Of a stretch of 64,000 nucleotides of DNA, positions 24,342 to 37,000 are shown piece by piece. The position numbers and the translations under genes are program-made. Origin of the DNA: Vicugna vicugna (taxonomy: Eukaryota); the NCBI GenBank assembly GCA_013265495.1, contig MU057416.1, positions 924,545-988,544 of the forward strand, given 5' to 3'. The notes beneath the pieces are model-generated. The model saw only the letters and a program-made list of their open reading frames with translations. It did no database searches and had not been told where the DNA came from. Every line of letters starts with the position of its first letter. Within the stretch, counting starts at the first letter, position 1.

Positions 24342-24980
24342 GAACAGACTCACCGTGTGACCCAGGAACCCCGCTTCTGGGCGTGTACCCAGAAGGAGCC
24401 CTGCTTCAGGATGACACCTGCACCCCAGTGTTCACAGCAGCACTATTTACAACAGCCAAGACACGGAGACAGCCTAAGTGTCCATCAATGGATGACTGGA
24501 TAAAGAAGATGTGGTATATTTATACAATGGAATACTACTCAGCCATAAAAACTGACAACATAATGCCATTTGCAGCAACATGGATGCTCCCGGAGAATGT
24601 CATTCTAAGTGAAGTAAGCCAGAAAGAGAAAGAAAAATATCATGCAAGATCACTCATATGTGGAATATTAAAAAAAAAACAAAGCATAAATACAAAACAG
24701 AAACAGACTCACAGACATAGAATACAAACTTGTGGTTGCCAAGGGGGCAGGGGGTGGGAAGGGACAGACTGGGATTTCAAAATGTAAATAGATAATCAAG
24801 ATTATACTGTATAGCACAGGGAAATATATACAAGATCTTGTGGTAACTCACAGAGACAGAGAAAAAACATTGAATATATACATGTTCATGTATAACTGAA
24901 AAATTGTGCTCTACACTGGAATTTGACACAACATTGTAAAATGATTATAAATCAATAAAAATGTTAAAAAATAAATAAAA
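24342..24980 (+). mobile_element. Young (lineage-specific) L1 3' fragment with TSD
   Basis: ORF 24383-24787 ([14 protein letters not shown]...WIKKMWYIYTMEYYSAIK) is the ORF2 C-terminus; TSD taaaactagtttctcct / taaaattagttttctcct; closely similar to the copies at 54.3 kb and 63 kb. Confidence 0.95.
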
Positions 24981-25239
24981 TTAGTTTTCTCCTTAAATAG
25001 CTGAAGTATTTCTGCTGCAGTTGTAAGTAACTTACAATCTTACAGGGGAGGCGGGCACTGGGGAAGAGATGCGGAAAGTCCAAAGGACCTCAGGCTTGTG
25101 CCCTCCAGAAGCCCACCTCCCCATGGTCCCCTGAAGTGCCTTATTTCCGCCCCATCCCACCCTGTAATATAGCCTGTTCTATGTTAGGTGTCCCCTCTCC
25201 CCTACACTTCCTGAAGGTACCATAAAAAAAGAGAGGTAT

Positions 25240-25350
25240 CAGAGTGAAACAGACTCCTTCCTGAACCCCAGCTCCACCACTAGGTAGCTCTGTGACCTTA
25301 GTTAAGCTTCCTAGTCCTCAAATTTTCAGTTTCTTCACCCACAAAATATG
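25240..25350 (+). mobile_element. MIR fragment
   Basis: ccccagctccaccactaggtagctctgtgaccttag...cagtttcttcacc. Confidence 0.65.
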
Positions 25351-26009
25351 ACTCATAGAAACATTTTAAAAATACCATTTCTGAAAAACTGAGTCCTTCC
25401 CTTTCTCTTTTATGGAAATTTTACTTTAAATGTACTTTCCGAAATCCCCAAGGGTTTTGTTCAATATATCATCTTTCAGTTATTCAAGAGTTGGCCATCC
25501 CACTTACAGACTGTTTTAAATTTGTAACTTCTCCCACTTGCTTGGCTCGTCCGGACCGCTGGGCTGAGTCACCGTCAGGTGCGGAGTCAGAGCAAGGGAA
25601 ACCACCAACTGCACTCAAAGCAGGGAAATCCTGCGAACAGGAGCCAAACGGCCGTGTGTGTCTCACCGGCACGCGCCTCTCGAGGCCAATCGCTGTTCTT
25701 CATCGAACGTCGACAGTTCTCTTCTTCACCATCTCAGACCCCGTCTTCCCGGCTTACAACAGCCGCACCCTGCAAGAGTCTGCCGTTGGTTCCTGGCTCA
25801 GAGTGGACCCCCCGTTTACTAAATCCCTCGTTTATTTGAAACAACTTGCTTGTGATCTGTTGTAACACGTGTCATCATCAAGTCATCATTTCAAATGTAA
25901 GGATGACGTTAGCATGTAATGAAAAAGGGAAACACACAAAAAGAGCTGATCCGGGCCATCCATAAACGCTCTCCTCTTCTCTCTGGACCCTTTAAGCATT
26001 TGCTGAAAA

Positions 26010-26407
26010 TTTTTTTAATTGAAGGACAGCCGATTCACAATGCTGTGTTAGTTTCCGGAGCACAGCACAGTGACTCAGTTACACACACATTTCATACTCG
26101 TTTTCGTTACAGGCCATTACGAGACACTGAATACAGTTCCCTGTGCTCTGCAGTATAGGAACTTGCTTATCTGTTTTATACATAGTAGTTAGTATCTGCT
26201 AATCCCAAACCCCTAATTTATCCCCCCACCTCCTCTCCTTACTGGTAACCGTAAGTCTGTTTTCTACGTCTGTGAATCTGTCTGTTTTGTAAATAAGTTC
26301 ATTTGTGCCATTTTTTTAGATTCCACATCTAAGTATAATATTTGTCTTTCTCTTTCTGGGTTACTTCACTGAGTGTGTCTCTAGGTCCATCCATATTGCT
26401 GCAAATC
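26010..26407 (-). mobile_element. L1 3' fragment with 17-bp TSD
   Basis: L1 3' UTR on the minus strand; flanks ggaccctttaagcattt (25985-26001) / ggaccatttaagcattt (26408-26424). Confidence 0.9.
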
Positions 26408-26934
26408 GGACCATTTAAGCATTTTTATTTTCACTTTGTAGTTATATAGTTGCCAAGTGTACCCAAGAGGATCTACTCCCACAGGTTGGGACTGGAGGAC
26501 CTAGCAAGATGTTACACTCCAGTCGCTGTAGGTGGAAAAGCCAGATTCACATCAAAGCAACAAGCCGCCACACAGCGACCTGACTCTGGAAGCGACCTTG
26601 TTCACCAGCATCACTGAGAGACAGCGCACAGTGGGGTGTGAGATAAAGAGCACGCGTTAAACAAAGGGTCAGGGTCTTCTCCCAAAGATCTACAATGAAC
26701 TCTCTTTGAAATGGAGGATCTTTGTGGATGGTGCAGGCTGTGGTCAGGAAAGAGCCACAAAGGTCTCCAGACACCGCCTTCTCTCACCACTCCCACTGCG
26801 GCTCCTTCCCTGTCACTCGTTCTCCATCAAAGAAAACTGACTTTTCGATGCAGTTTCAAAAATCTGGTGTGTACACCTTACTGTCTGAGTAATGGATGCC
26901 CACCTCCACACCGAAGAGTGTCTGACTGATATTT

Positions 26935-27040
26935 CATAATAACTATAAATGGACTATGATCTTTAGAAATTGTGACGCACACTGTTGTACACTTGTAATT
27001 TTTATAATATTGTACATCAACTATATTTCAATTAAAAAAA
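26935..27040 (+). mobile_element. Short L1 3' terminus
   Basis: tataatattgtacatcaactatatttcaattaaaaaaa. Confidence 0.75.
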
Positions 27041-27164
27041 TAGATATCTGAAAAGATAATCACTTTGGTTTAGGAAAAAAAGAGAGTCTTAATATGGGCA
27101 CTTTGTGTTCATCTCTAAAACAGATGCTAACGTCCTTATCTTATGTATCAATGGGTAAAGAATT

Positions 27165-27245
27165 GTGTTCAATCCCTAGTACTTTCTCTAAATAGATAAA
27201 TAAACCTAATTACCTCCGCTCCTAAAGTAAATAAAATTAAAAAAG
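27165..27245 (+). mobile_element. 5'-truncated vic-1-like SINE
   Basis: gttcaatccctagtac...taaacctaattacctcc tail shared with the other copies. Confidence 0.75.
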
Positions 27246-28069
27246 TATTCCTTGAGAAGAAGTTCCTTTGATCAGCTCGATTTCTGCTTAGACAGATGGA
27301 TCTCAGACTGAGAGGAGTTTGGCTCAAGGACAGGTGAGGTGGGGAGAGAAAGACATTTGGAAGGTGAGGCATGTGGGAGGCAGTGAGCCCTGAGGGCTGT
27401 AAGGCACGGGGCTGTGAGCAGCCCAGGACTGCGTGCAGAGGGGGCACCAGGCAGCAGAAGGGGGTGTCTGGCCACAGGAGACGCACCTTACCAACCCGGC
27501 AGTATTTTCCAGTGCGACCGGCCGGGAGCCCGGGAGCCCAGAGCCGGTCCCTGTGATTTTCTGGTCTGCAGTGCGAGAGGAGGCTGCCTCAAGGGCTCTC
27601 TGAAAGGGCATGGGCGAAGAGCCCAGAGAGGAGGCTGGACTCAAGAAGGAGCCGCCACCTTTCTTCCGTCTGCCTCACCCTACGCCTCTGCCAGGGGGCG
27701 CGATTCGGACGTGCCTGCCTCACTCAGACTGGGGCATTTTGAGAACAAATGATGCAATTTCCTTGTGAGCCAGATCTGTGACCGGAACCGGCACAATGCT
27801 AGACGCTGCCAACGACGCACGGAAATCCCACAGGTGACTGAGGTTCCCGTAACCTCTTACGTTTAATAAGAGAAAGCTGCTTATGAGAACATTTTTAAGA
27901 AATGAGTGTCGCAATGCCTAGAAACTTACTGTTCTCAGAAAAAGTAAGCTGTCCTCTGCAGAGTACGGTGCAAGATGATTTTAGCAGCGATCAGGAACCT
28001 TTCTCGGAGGCCTAAGAACAGGGAGCCATAGAACAGGACTGACTCCCCCGGCCAGGCAGGCGGGGGAGC

Positions 28070-28232
28070 TGGCACCCACCATCTCGGGCGGTCGCCACAG
28101 CGGCCCGGGCAACCGCTGCAGGTGCAGCCGTTGTTCAGATTCGGGATCTGAAGCGTGAAGCACACCTGTTCCAGGCAGCGCAGCCAGTGAATGCTGAAGG
28201 CAGAATTCAGATCCAGACGGGGGGCTCTTAAG
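28070..28232 (-). mobile_element. GC-shifted MIR
   Basis: cagattcgggatctgaagcgtg...gcagccagtgaatgctgaaggcagaattcagatccagac is colinear with reverse-complement MIR. Confidence 0.5.
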
Positions 28233-28457
28233 CAGAGGCTGGCAAATTCTTCCCATAAAGGGCTCCACAGTAAGTATTTCCAGCACCGCGGGACACACAG
28301 CCTCCCTCGCAACGCTTCAGATCTTCCCCGGCAGTGGGAAAGCAGCCACAGATGCCACGGTAACAAACAGGGCGACAATGTCAATAAAACTTTATTTACA
28401 AAAACAGGCAGGCGGAGGACCAGATTTGGTCCAGGTGACTCTGGAATGCCCACCCCG
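28233..28457. mobile_element. MER58A (hAT-Charlie) DNA transposon fossil
   Basis: cagaggctggcaaattcttcccataaaggg...caataaaactttatttacaaaaacaggc...tgcccacccc. Confidence 0.85.
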
Positions 28458-28734
28458 CCCCGACCCATTATTGCCAGGTGCTGCCTCTTAGTATATTTCA
28501 TTTCATGCAGGAAAACTGAAAAGATCTGGAGCTTCCATACCCCAGTTGCTATCTGGCACGCCCTGACTTCCTTGTTACTCTGTTAAGGAGCCCGAAATGC
28601 ACTGAAAACGTGCAGATCGCTTTTATAAAAGGGGTGGAAGACGTGACTGCTGTTTGACAGAGCTGCTGAGACATCCCACTGCTCGCCTGCCTGAAAGAGA
28701 AGCACAGAGGCTGTACCGTCTACCTGAGCCGCCC

Positions 28735-28840
28735 TCTGCCCCCTGGCCCCCGTCCCCTGTTCTCCATCCTCTGTCCCCCGTCCCCTGTCCTCCATCCTCC
28801 ATCCCCCGACCTCCATCCTCTGTCCGCCATCCCCTGACCT
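28735..28840. repeat. Degenerate C/T-rich ~7-mer repeat
   Basis: ctccatc/ctgtccc/ccgtccc units repeated. Confidence 0.7.
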
Positions 28841-30879
28841 CCAGGCTGCCTGAGGAGCCAGAAAACTCCCTGCTGGCTCAAGAGACTGCCCCACGTAGAA
28901 CATTCAGCTTGGTCAGTAGGGCGTTTGCTTCCAAAGACCAAGAGCCATGTAATACCGTCCGATGGTCCAGGACAGATGTGGGGATAAAGTCTACACTGAA
29001 GATACTCCGGGGAACTGAAACGACGACCAGAGGCGCTTCCACCAGGCATGCGGCAGGTCGGAGTCTGGAAAATGTGCTCCGTCTCGGAAGGTTTCCGTGT
29101 CCCACTGAGCCCCACCTTCGACACTTACAGCTGCAGGGGCGGGAGTTCGCATTTACACGTGGTGCTGACCTCATTGTCAAAAGCAGATTTGGTGGCACCA
29201 CCCTCCCCTTACTCCCCGCCATCCCTTCACCTGACGGAAGGGAAAAGGCTTCTGCAAAAAACCAGGGAGCCGACCCCAGCGATCCTCTTGCAGGTCAGCA
29301 CCGTGTGTCTAGAGCTCTGGTCTCCACCACCTCTTCCCTGGAGAGGGCTGTATTCGTTGCGTTTGGGTGCTGCGCGGTGTGCCTGCGTCCCAGAGAAACC
29401 AGGCACTAAGCACAAGTGTTCAAACTGACAAACTAGCCAAGATGTTGGCCAGCCTACTTCCCAGTCCATTAGTTCCTCTATCACAGGGTTAGCATTTCAG
29501 CGTTGCAAGCCGGCTTGTGGTTTTCTTGCCCCTGCTCCTCCTGTTTCTCTCCCTCTCACCCCCACCTCCCTCCCATTCACGACCTGGTTACCTTGTTTCT
29601 ATAGCTACTAATAGCAGAGCTACCTCGGGCCGTAATGGAGTTTGCCTCTCTCATTCTTATTTTAAAGAAAATAGAAAATTGAGTCCTTTAAAACTTAGTG
29701 AATTCCTGCTTTTTAATTGCTCTGCCTCTGATGGAAAATCTGCTTTACCATGCCTGATTTTATATCATTTGAAACGGGGTGGCCAGCATGTGCGCATTTA
29801 GATGATGGGGCAGATAGAGTTATCTTTTCTTGAACTGAATTCTGGAGAATAAACAATTATCCTCATTTCCAGTAGGAAGTGGCAGATAATAAAACCCACC
29901 TGTATTTGCACAAATCTTTCAGCTTTCGCTCCAAATTAAGAGAAAACCTGTTATAGTCACTCGGGCAATTTCAAATTTCAATTAAACGTCTTAAAAAAAA
30001 AAGTGCCACTCTCTGGGTTACAAATAAAAATGCCCCTGTTTTTGTCGGGAAGGCAGAAGATAGTTCAGCAGATTTATGGGAAAGCAAATTTTTTTCTATC
30101 GATCGATCCCTGGAGGGGCATTAACTACTCTTAAGGGAGCTTATTACAGAAGATGGCACAACAGACGTGCCCCACAGACGGAGTGAGGACGCTGAGAAGC
30201 GGAGGAGGAAATGGAACACTTTAATGTTACATCCTGGTCATACCAAGGTCCATCGGCCCTGTGCTCATTCCAGGTAATTAATTTACAACACATTAAACCT
30301 CGATGAGAATAAGGCTGTTATGCATCAAATGTGTAGGAATAAAAAGTGTTACTGATTGAGGATTTCTGTTGTATCATCTGCTGACAGAAACCACCACCAC
30401 CGAGTTACCTCTCACAGACGCAGCGAGTCTTCGCTGAAGGACAAAGCTCCGAGTAAGTGCCCTCTGGACGGCACTCAGCGGGAGCGGCCCTGCCTGCGAG
30501 GGGTTCTGCGGGGTGAATCGGGGAGAGCCATCAGCCAACCGGCGTGTCTAACACATATTGATAAATAAGCACTCTAGACATCAAATTTGGAGATGTGATA
30601 ATGATCTTTACAGTAAAGGTCTAAAATAGCGCCCTGCCCTCTGCCCAAGCCGACCATTAATATTTATTAAATAAAATATGAGGGGAACATTAATTTTAAA
30701 CGACTGACATAAATCAAAGCTCTCTTCCTTTTGAAGTGGAGGAATTAGGAAGGTAAGGCCACGCGAGCTTGAAGCCGTGATGGTTTGAAGAGACCCAGTT
30801 TCAACTTTAAACGTTAAACGGCTTCATTAACGAGGAGAACTAGCACATTGGAGGAAAAAGAAAAGACAATGAGTAACAT

Positions 30880-31025
30880 TATTGGGGTTCAGCTCCTCGG
30901 TGACCAAGGGCAAGTCACTGAACTTCTCTGAAGCCACAAGAGTTGCATCTAATAAAGCAAAAATAGCACCCACTCTACGTGACCCAGGGGGCCTCACGTC
31001 AGGGGTAAAGTGATGGAAAAACATT
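30880..31025 (+). mobile_element. MIR fragment
   Basis: gtgaccaagggcaagtcactgaacttctctgaagcc is the MIR core. Confidence 0.7.
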
Positions 31026-31559
31026 CCTCCTTCGTGTTTACATGCGTTACTGAAATTCTTTTATTTGAAAGTTGATTGTGAAAGACAATACAATGACAAG
31101 GACTTTTTTTTAAGGTGAAATATTCTAAACACAGCTTTCTAATATACCAAAAATTCTCTCCATTTTTTTCTAAGTGGCTTATGATAATTTAGCCTCAAAG
31201 GGCTGAGTTTTAGGTAGACAAAGGAGGATGGGATGGAGGTGTGTGTACGTAACAGAGGCAGATCAACAAAGCTGCAAAATGAATTACTTAAAAATGTGGA
31301 TGCCTATTATCCCATGGGTCAAATTAACACGATCTGAGTCCTTTCCTTAATTCGAGGGCCTCTGTATATCTTAAAGGGCGCCATCACATGAAATTTCCAA
31401 ACTGTTTTTCTCTTGTTCTGTACCTGGCCTATCCAAAATACCTTTTCTACAAGTAGCATTTTCAAATCTACAATAGAAGACCGATAGGACCATCAGCTGG
31501 TGATTATGTTGATCCCTTACAAGTTCTTCCTGTAATAAAAATAGGATTGCTATAGAAAT

Positions 31560-31763
31560 ACATTGCCCAATACGAAAGCCACGAACCACACGTGTATATT
31601 TAAATGTGTATTAGTTAAACTGATATCATTAAAAATTCAGTTTCTCAGTCACCTGAGCCGTATTTCACGTCCTCAGCCAGGTGTGGCTGGCGGGTGGCCA
31701 CAGTGCTGAAGGGAGCAGCTGTAACACACCCATCCTCACAGAAAGTTCCAGTGGACAGCTCTG
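31560..31763 (-). mobile_element. MER3 (hAT-Charlie) fossil
   Basis: aaaaattcagtttctcagtcac...cagaaagttccagtggacagctctg matches reverse-complement MER3 as recalled. Confidence 0.75.
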
Positions 31764-32854
31764 CTGTAGGGGGTCTTTTAAGTCATCGCACCTTTTAAAT
31801 GGGGGCCTAAAACTTAGTGGATTTTTTGAACATTAAACAGACTTTACTGAGTGGGTGAATTGTCCTGTCCACTGACTGACTCAGTAGCATTACAGAGAAA
31901 CTGTAAAACTTACGTAAAGATTCCATAGGTGTGTACATCTATCAAAATTCATCAAACTGTACTTCTGAAATATGTGTAGGTTACTGTACAGGAACCGTAC
32001 CACAATAAAGGTGTTTAACAAAAAAAGTCACCCATCCAAGTGGCTGAGAGGACAGGCTCATTAAAGAATCTACCAGCCAGTGAGACCCACGGAGGCATGG
32101 CTGTTGGCATAACCAGGGTGAACAATTTAGGTGGGAGCAGGAGAGAACGAGCACTAACTGAACACTGAGTGCGTGCTCACAGGGGCTCCATGAACGGGTC
32201 TCAAAGTCCCACTTAGCAGAAGAGGAAACGAATGCTTGGAGTGTAATTTTCCTAAAATCATGCAGCTGTTTGATGACGTATCATTTCAATATATTTCTGT
32301 TTAGCTTCAGGGCTCTAATTTTTTTCCATAACACTTTAAAGACCTCTAAAGAGAATAATATATCAAAAATCTGGAATTCCTGCCTTCTAATCTGGGTAAA
32401 ATCAAGACCTAATACTTTCCTCAGAGGGCAGTTGACCAAGAACAAGATATACCATAAGGTAAAAATTTAAGGGCAGTCAAACCTAGTGTGCAGAAACGGT
32501 GCTGGACACTTGGGGAGCAAAGAAGCTTTCATAACAAAGGTTATAAGGTTTACATAATACTCAGATGCTGATCAAGTGCAGGGGGGACCTTTCATTGTAG
32601 GTAAAAAAGAGGATCAACACAGAACCTGAAAAAATCTAATAAGGAGAAATAGAGGAAGATATGGACTTGGAATGAGCACCTGATTCCAGATGCTCGTGTA
32701 AAGACAGCGTCATCCCTAGTAAGTGGCTATCGAGATGAATAAAAACAACAGCAATTATTCACACGCCCAAAACATCTCTTACATATGCAGATCACCCACA
32801 GCAGTTTGAGGATCTTCTCAAGGAATCCATAGTTTCAAAACTGAAGAACTCATT

Positions 32855-34335
32855 TCTGCTTCGAGCCTTGATGGAGTAATTGGAACAAGACTTGCCCTCC
32901 CACGCTGTAAGGAACTAGGCAGCTGGGTAGGGTACACAAAACAACTGTTTTCAGTCACTGGACTTGGAAAGCACAGAACTGTGTCTCTGAGAGAAGGAAA
33001 ACAGACAAGGTAATGCCTACAGTTGTCCCAGCTGTCTCTCTAGAGGGTTTTTTTTTTTTTTCATACTGTCTGGCAGGGAGGGGGATCTCAAGCAGATTAT
33101 AGTAGTTGCTGAGTTGAAGAGATAGAAAAGGGAGTTCAGGGAGGATGAGGTGCCTGAGGTTTCAGGGGCACAGAACCAGAGAGCAAAAAGTTCAAACTGA
33201 ACTATAACAACCTACCAAAACAACACTCAGCATTCTTTAAAGGAAGACACAACATCAAATACTCAATAAACTACTATTCACAATTCTGCACCCTGTAAAA
33301 AACTATTACACAGGCAACAATGCAGGAGGAGGGAATCCATAATCAGGAGAAAAGTCAATAAATGAAAACAGACCTTAAAATGCCAGAGATGCTGGAATCA
33401 GCAGATAAGGACATTAAGAGGGCTATTATAAATATGCTTGAAGATTTAAAAGAAAACATGAACACAAGTAGGAGAGAAGTGGAAGGCGTAAGAGAGAACC
33501 AAATGGACCTTAAAATGCTGAAAACTACAATATGTGAATTGAAAGATACACTAGCTAAACCAAATAGCAAATTAGATATTGCAGAAAAAAAGATTAGAAT
33601 TTGAAAACACAGCAGTAGATCTGATCCCAACTGAAGCACAGAAAGAAAAAAGACCTTAAAACAAAACCAAAGTCTCAACAACCTGTGGAATAACATTAAG
33701 TGGTCTAACACACATATAATTGGAATTACAGAGACAGGAGGAGGGACCGAAAAATGATGAAATCATGGTATAATTTTTGTCAAATTTCAGTAACACTATA
33801 AATCCATAAATCCAAGAATTTCAAAGAACCCCAAACATAATAAACAAAAATAAAAACAAACCAAGTCACAACATAATCAAATTACTAAAAACCAGTGATT
33901 AGAAAATATCTTAAAAGCAGAGACAGAAAAAAAAGACATTAAATACAGGAGAACACATAATAATAATCTCACTTTTATCATCAGAAATAATACAAGCTAG
34001 AGGGAAATGAAACAACATATTTAAAGTACTGGGATTAAAAAAAAAAATTAACCTTGTATTCTACATCCAGAAAAACATGCTCTTCAAAAATAAAGAATAT
34101 GGGAAAATCTTTGTGACACTGAATTTGGTAATGATTTCATGAATACGACACCAAAAGCACAGGCAACAAAAGATAAAACAGGTAAGCTGAACTTCATCAA
34201 GATTAAAATTTTATGTATCAACAGATAATATCAAGAAACAACCTACTGAAAGGGAGAAAATGTTTGTAAATCATACATCTGATAAGAGATTGACATTAAT
34301 ATATAAACAAATACTAAAACGCAACAACAAAATAC
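32855..34335 (+). mobile_element. Ancient L1M 5' region/ORF1 remnant plus ORF2 fragment
   Basis: ORF 33362-33604 (MLESADKDIKRAIINMLEDLKENM...ELKDTL...KLDIAEKKI) is L1 ORF1p coiled-coil-like; 34100-34335 is ORF2-like (acaccaaaagcacaggcaacaaaag). Confidence 0.85.
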
Positions 34336-35218
34336 AATCCAGTCACTCTTGCTGGTGCTACAGTGGCCCTGACACCTGCCTGTGACACTAATTCAGTTCC
34401 AAGCCGAGGCGGCCCTCCGTGCACCCCTAACTACAGAGCCATTTTAGCAGCTGAGTGACAGTCAGCTTCCCCTTGGCTTAATCTTCACTTTTCCTCTGAT
34501 ATGCTCACCCGCAGTTTGGTGCTAAGACGTCCTACAAAGCAGCCTCTTCTTCAAGTCCCTCAGAGTTCCTCTAGCCCTGTCAAACCCTCTCCTTTCTCCT
34601 GACATAACATGAGGGAATGTCAGGACAGACGCGTCTGGCCCCTAGACTCTCCAATCTCGGTAGCCATCCTCCTCCCATAGTTTAAACGGGATGGGACAGG
34701 TTTCTCCCCCTCTTCTTGTATGCCAGAGAAATGCAAATTAAGACAACTACTTTTGCCCTACCAAAACTGAAGTTTAGTTTTCTTTGGAAATACTGGTGAT
34801 GAGAATGAGGTGAAATGAACATTTTTCCACAGCATGGGTAGGCAGGTGCCTGGATACAGTCTCTTTGGGGGAAAGAACCTGGAACGTGCACCATTCTCTC
34901 AAATGCGGTCATCCTACTTCTGTGAATGTATTATTTTTAAAACTACAAAGCACAGAGGAAGGTTTGTGCAAAACACCCCTCACAGTGTCAGTTACAAAAT
35001 CCAAAATGAAAAATGACCTATTCAATAGCTTGTAATGACCCATAATGAAAAAGAATATATATAACTGAATCACTATGCTGTACACCAGAAATTAACACAA
35101 CATTGTAAGTCAACTATACTTCAAATTAAAAGAAAGACCTAAATCCCAATCAACAGGAGATGGGCAGTAAACCAAATGCTGTATCCATACGAGGGAATAT
35201 AATAATTTAAAAGGTTCG

Positions 35219-35380
35219 GGGGGAGCATGTCACTCAGTGGTAGAGTGTGTGCCTAGCACGCACAACGTCCTGGGTTCAATCCCCTGTACCTCCATTACAA
35301 TAAATAAATACTTAATTACCTCCCCCTAAAATAAAGTTTAAAAAAGTAACTTTTTAAAAATAAGTAAAAATAAAAATAAA
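35219..35380 (+). mobile_element. vic-1-like SINE
   Basis: ctcagtggtagagtg...gtcctgggttcaatcccc, with tail; TSD-like taaaaggttc / taaaagtttc. Confidence 0.9.
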
Positions 35381-35689
35381 TAAAAGTTTCAATACTTGAG
35401 AATTGCTTATATTCTAATTCTCAACTAAAAAGATAGAATGATACCTTTCTCAAAAATCCTATATGCTATATTACTTCAACTAAGTAAAAAAACATACATC
35501 TAAAAACTTTAAAAGTCAATATAACAAAATATGACTTCTAAGAGCAGGCTTAGGAGTGATCTTCTTTGTTCTGTACTATACTTTCTGTAGTTTTCATAAT
35601 TTCTACCCTTAATTCCCTCATTCAACACACTACTGAGCATTATTATATACCATCCACTGTCCTAGACATGGGGGACACAGTAATGGAAA

Positions 35690-36240
35690 AACAAAACACT
35701 CTAATTCTAAAAGACACATGCACCCCAACATACAGCACTATTTACAATAGACAAGAGATGGAAGCAACCCAAGTGTCCATCAACAGATGACTGGATAAAG
35801 CAAATGTGGTGTGTATACAATGAATACTACTCAGCCATAAAAAAGAATGAAATAATGCCGTTTGCAGCAACATGGATGGACGGAGAGATTGTCATAGCAA
35901 GTGAAGTAAGTCAGACAAAGACAAATACAATATGATATCATTTACATGTGGAACCTAAAAATAATGATACCAATGAACACATTTATAAACCAGAAACAGA
36001 CTCACAGACATAGAAAACAAACTACGGTTACCAAGGGGAAATTGGGAGGAGGGAATAAATTAGGAGTTTGGGATTAACAGACACACATTACCATATATAA
36101 AGTAAACAACAAGAGCCTACTGTAGAGCACAGGGAACTATATTCAGTATCTTGTAATAACATACAGTGGAAAAGCACAGAATCACTGAATCAGTTTGCTG
36201 TACACCTGAAACACTGTAAACCAACAATACTTCAACCAAA
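35690..36240 (+). mobile_element. Cetartiodactyl-type L1 3' fragment
   Basis: aaagacacatgcacccca...gccataaaaaagaatgaaataatgcc...tacacctgaaac. Confidence 0.9.
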
Positions 36241-36419
36241 GAAAAAAGGAAGAAAGAAAAAAACAATTGTTCGGTTAGCACCTGGGATGTGGCAGGCACT
36301 GCGCTGGGGCCGGATGCACCCAAGTCAGTCAGATACAGTCTGTCCCCTGGAGAGGCTTCCCTGGAGAAGCCTGGTAAGCACGTATGTTTTTAAAAGATTT
36401 TTCAAAAATTCCCCTAATT

Positions 36420-37000
36420 GCCAGCGCGTTATCGTCGGGCTGCGCCCCCAGACCTGCGCGGCCTGTACTCACCCAGCTTCCAGACCCAAGAGAGAACCGG
36501 GAGTCGGCGACAGAGACGCCGGCGGTTCAGTGGACGGAAGCTCACACAAGGTCCCCGAGCGCCTGGCCGCCTGTGCGGGGACTGCGGGCGGGGAGGGCCC
36601 GCGGTCACCGGGGAAACCAGCGGAGGGGCACGCCCCTGCCGGCCCTCTGATGGGAAGCACCAGCAGCTGAGGCCTGGGGCCTGGGGCCACGTAACTGACC
36701 ACACTTCAATCAAAAAAGAAAAGGTTCCGAGCCGGGAGAATAGGCATGGCACAGAAAAATAGTTCTCCTTCTGCAAACACTTGGTTCTGCCGCAAACTCC
36801 TCAGTTTCTCCATGAGAAGTCAGACAGTGGCCACGGGCCGCTCCAGGCCGCGGCCCCCGCAGAAGGGGACGCGTCCTGCACGGGCACCACCGCCGCCGCC
36901 GGCTCGGGTGCGGCGCCCGCGGAAGCCTGCGGGCGAGGCCGGAAGAGGACGTTCTTCAGAGGAAAACCGACGGTGCGGGCGAAGCCGAACACGTGTGTGA
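36420..37000. promoter_or_regulatory. CpG-rich patch; left half (36434-36700) is probably a minus-strand ERV LTR
   Basis: High CpG; gacctgcgcggcctgtactcaccc...ggcgacagagac...gctcacaca resembles a reversed artiodactyl LTR end (from memory, weak). Confidence 0.45.

Noticed and set aside
28654..29409. 251-aa ORF
   Set aside because: Non-ATG start, runs through a low-complexity repeat, no recognisable homology or splice context.
33362..33604. Host coiled-coil gene
   Set aside because: Explained as an L1 ORF1p remnant within a degraded L1M.
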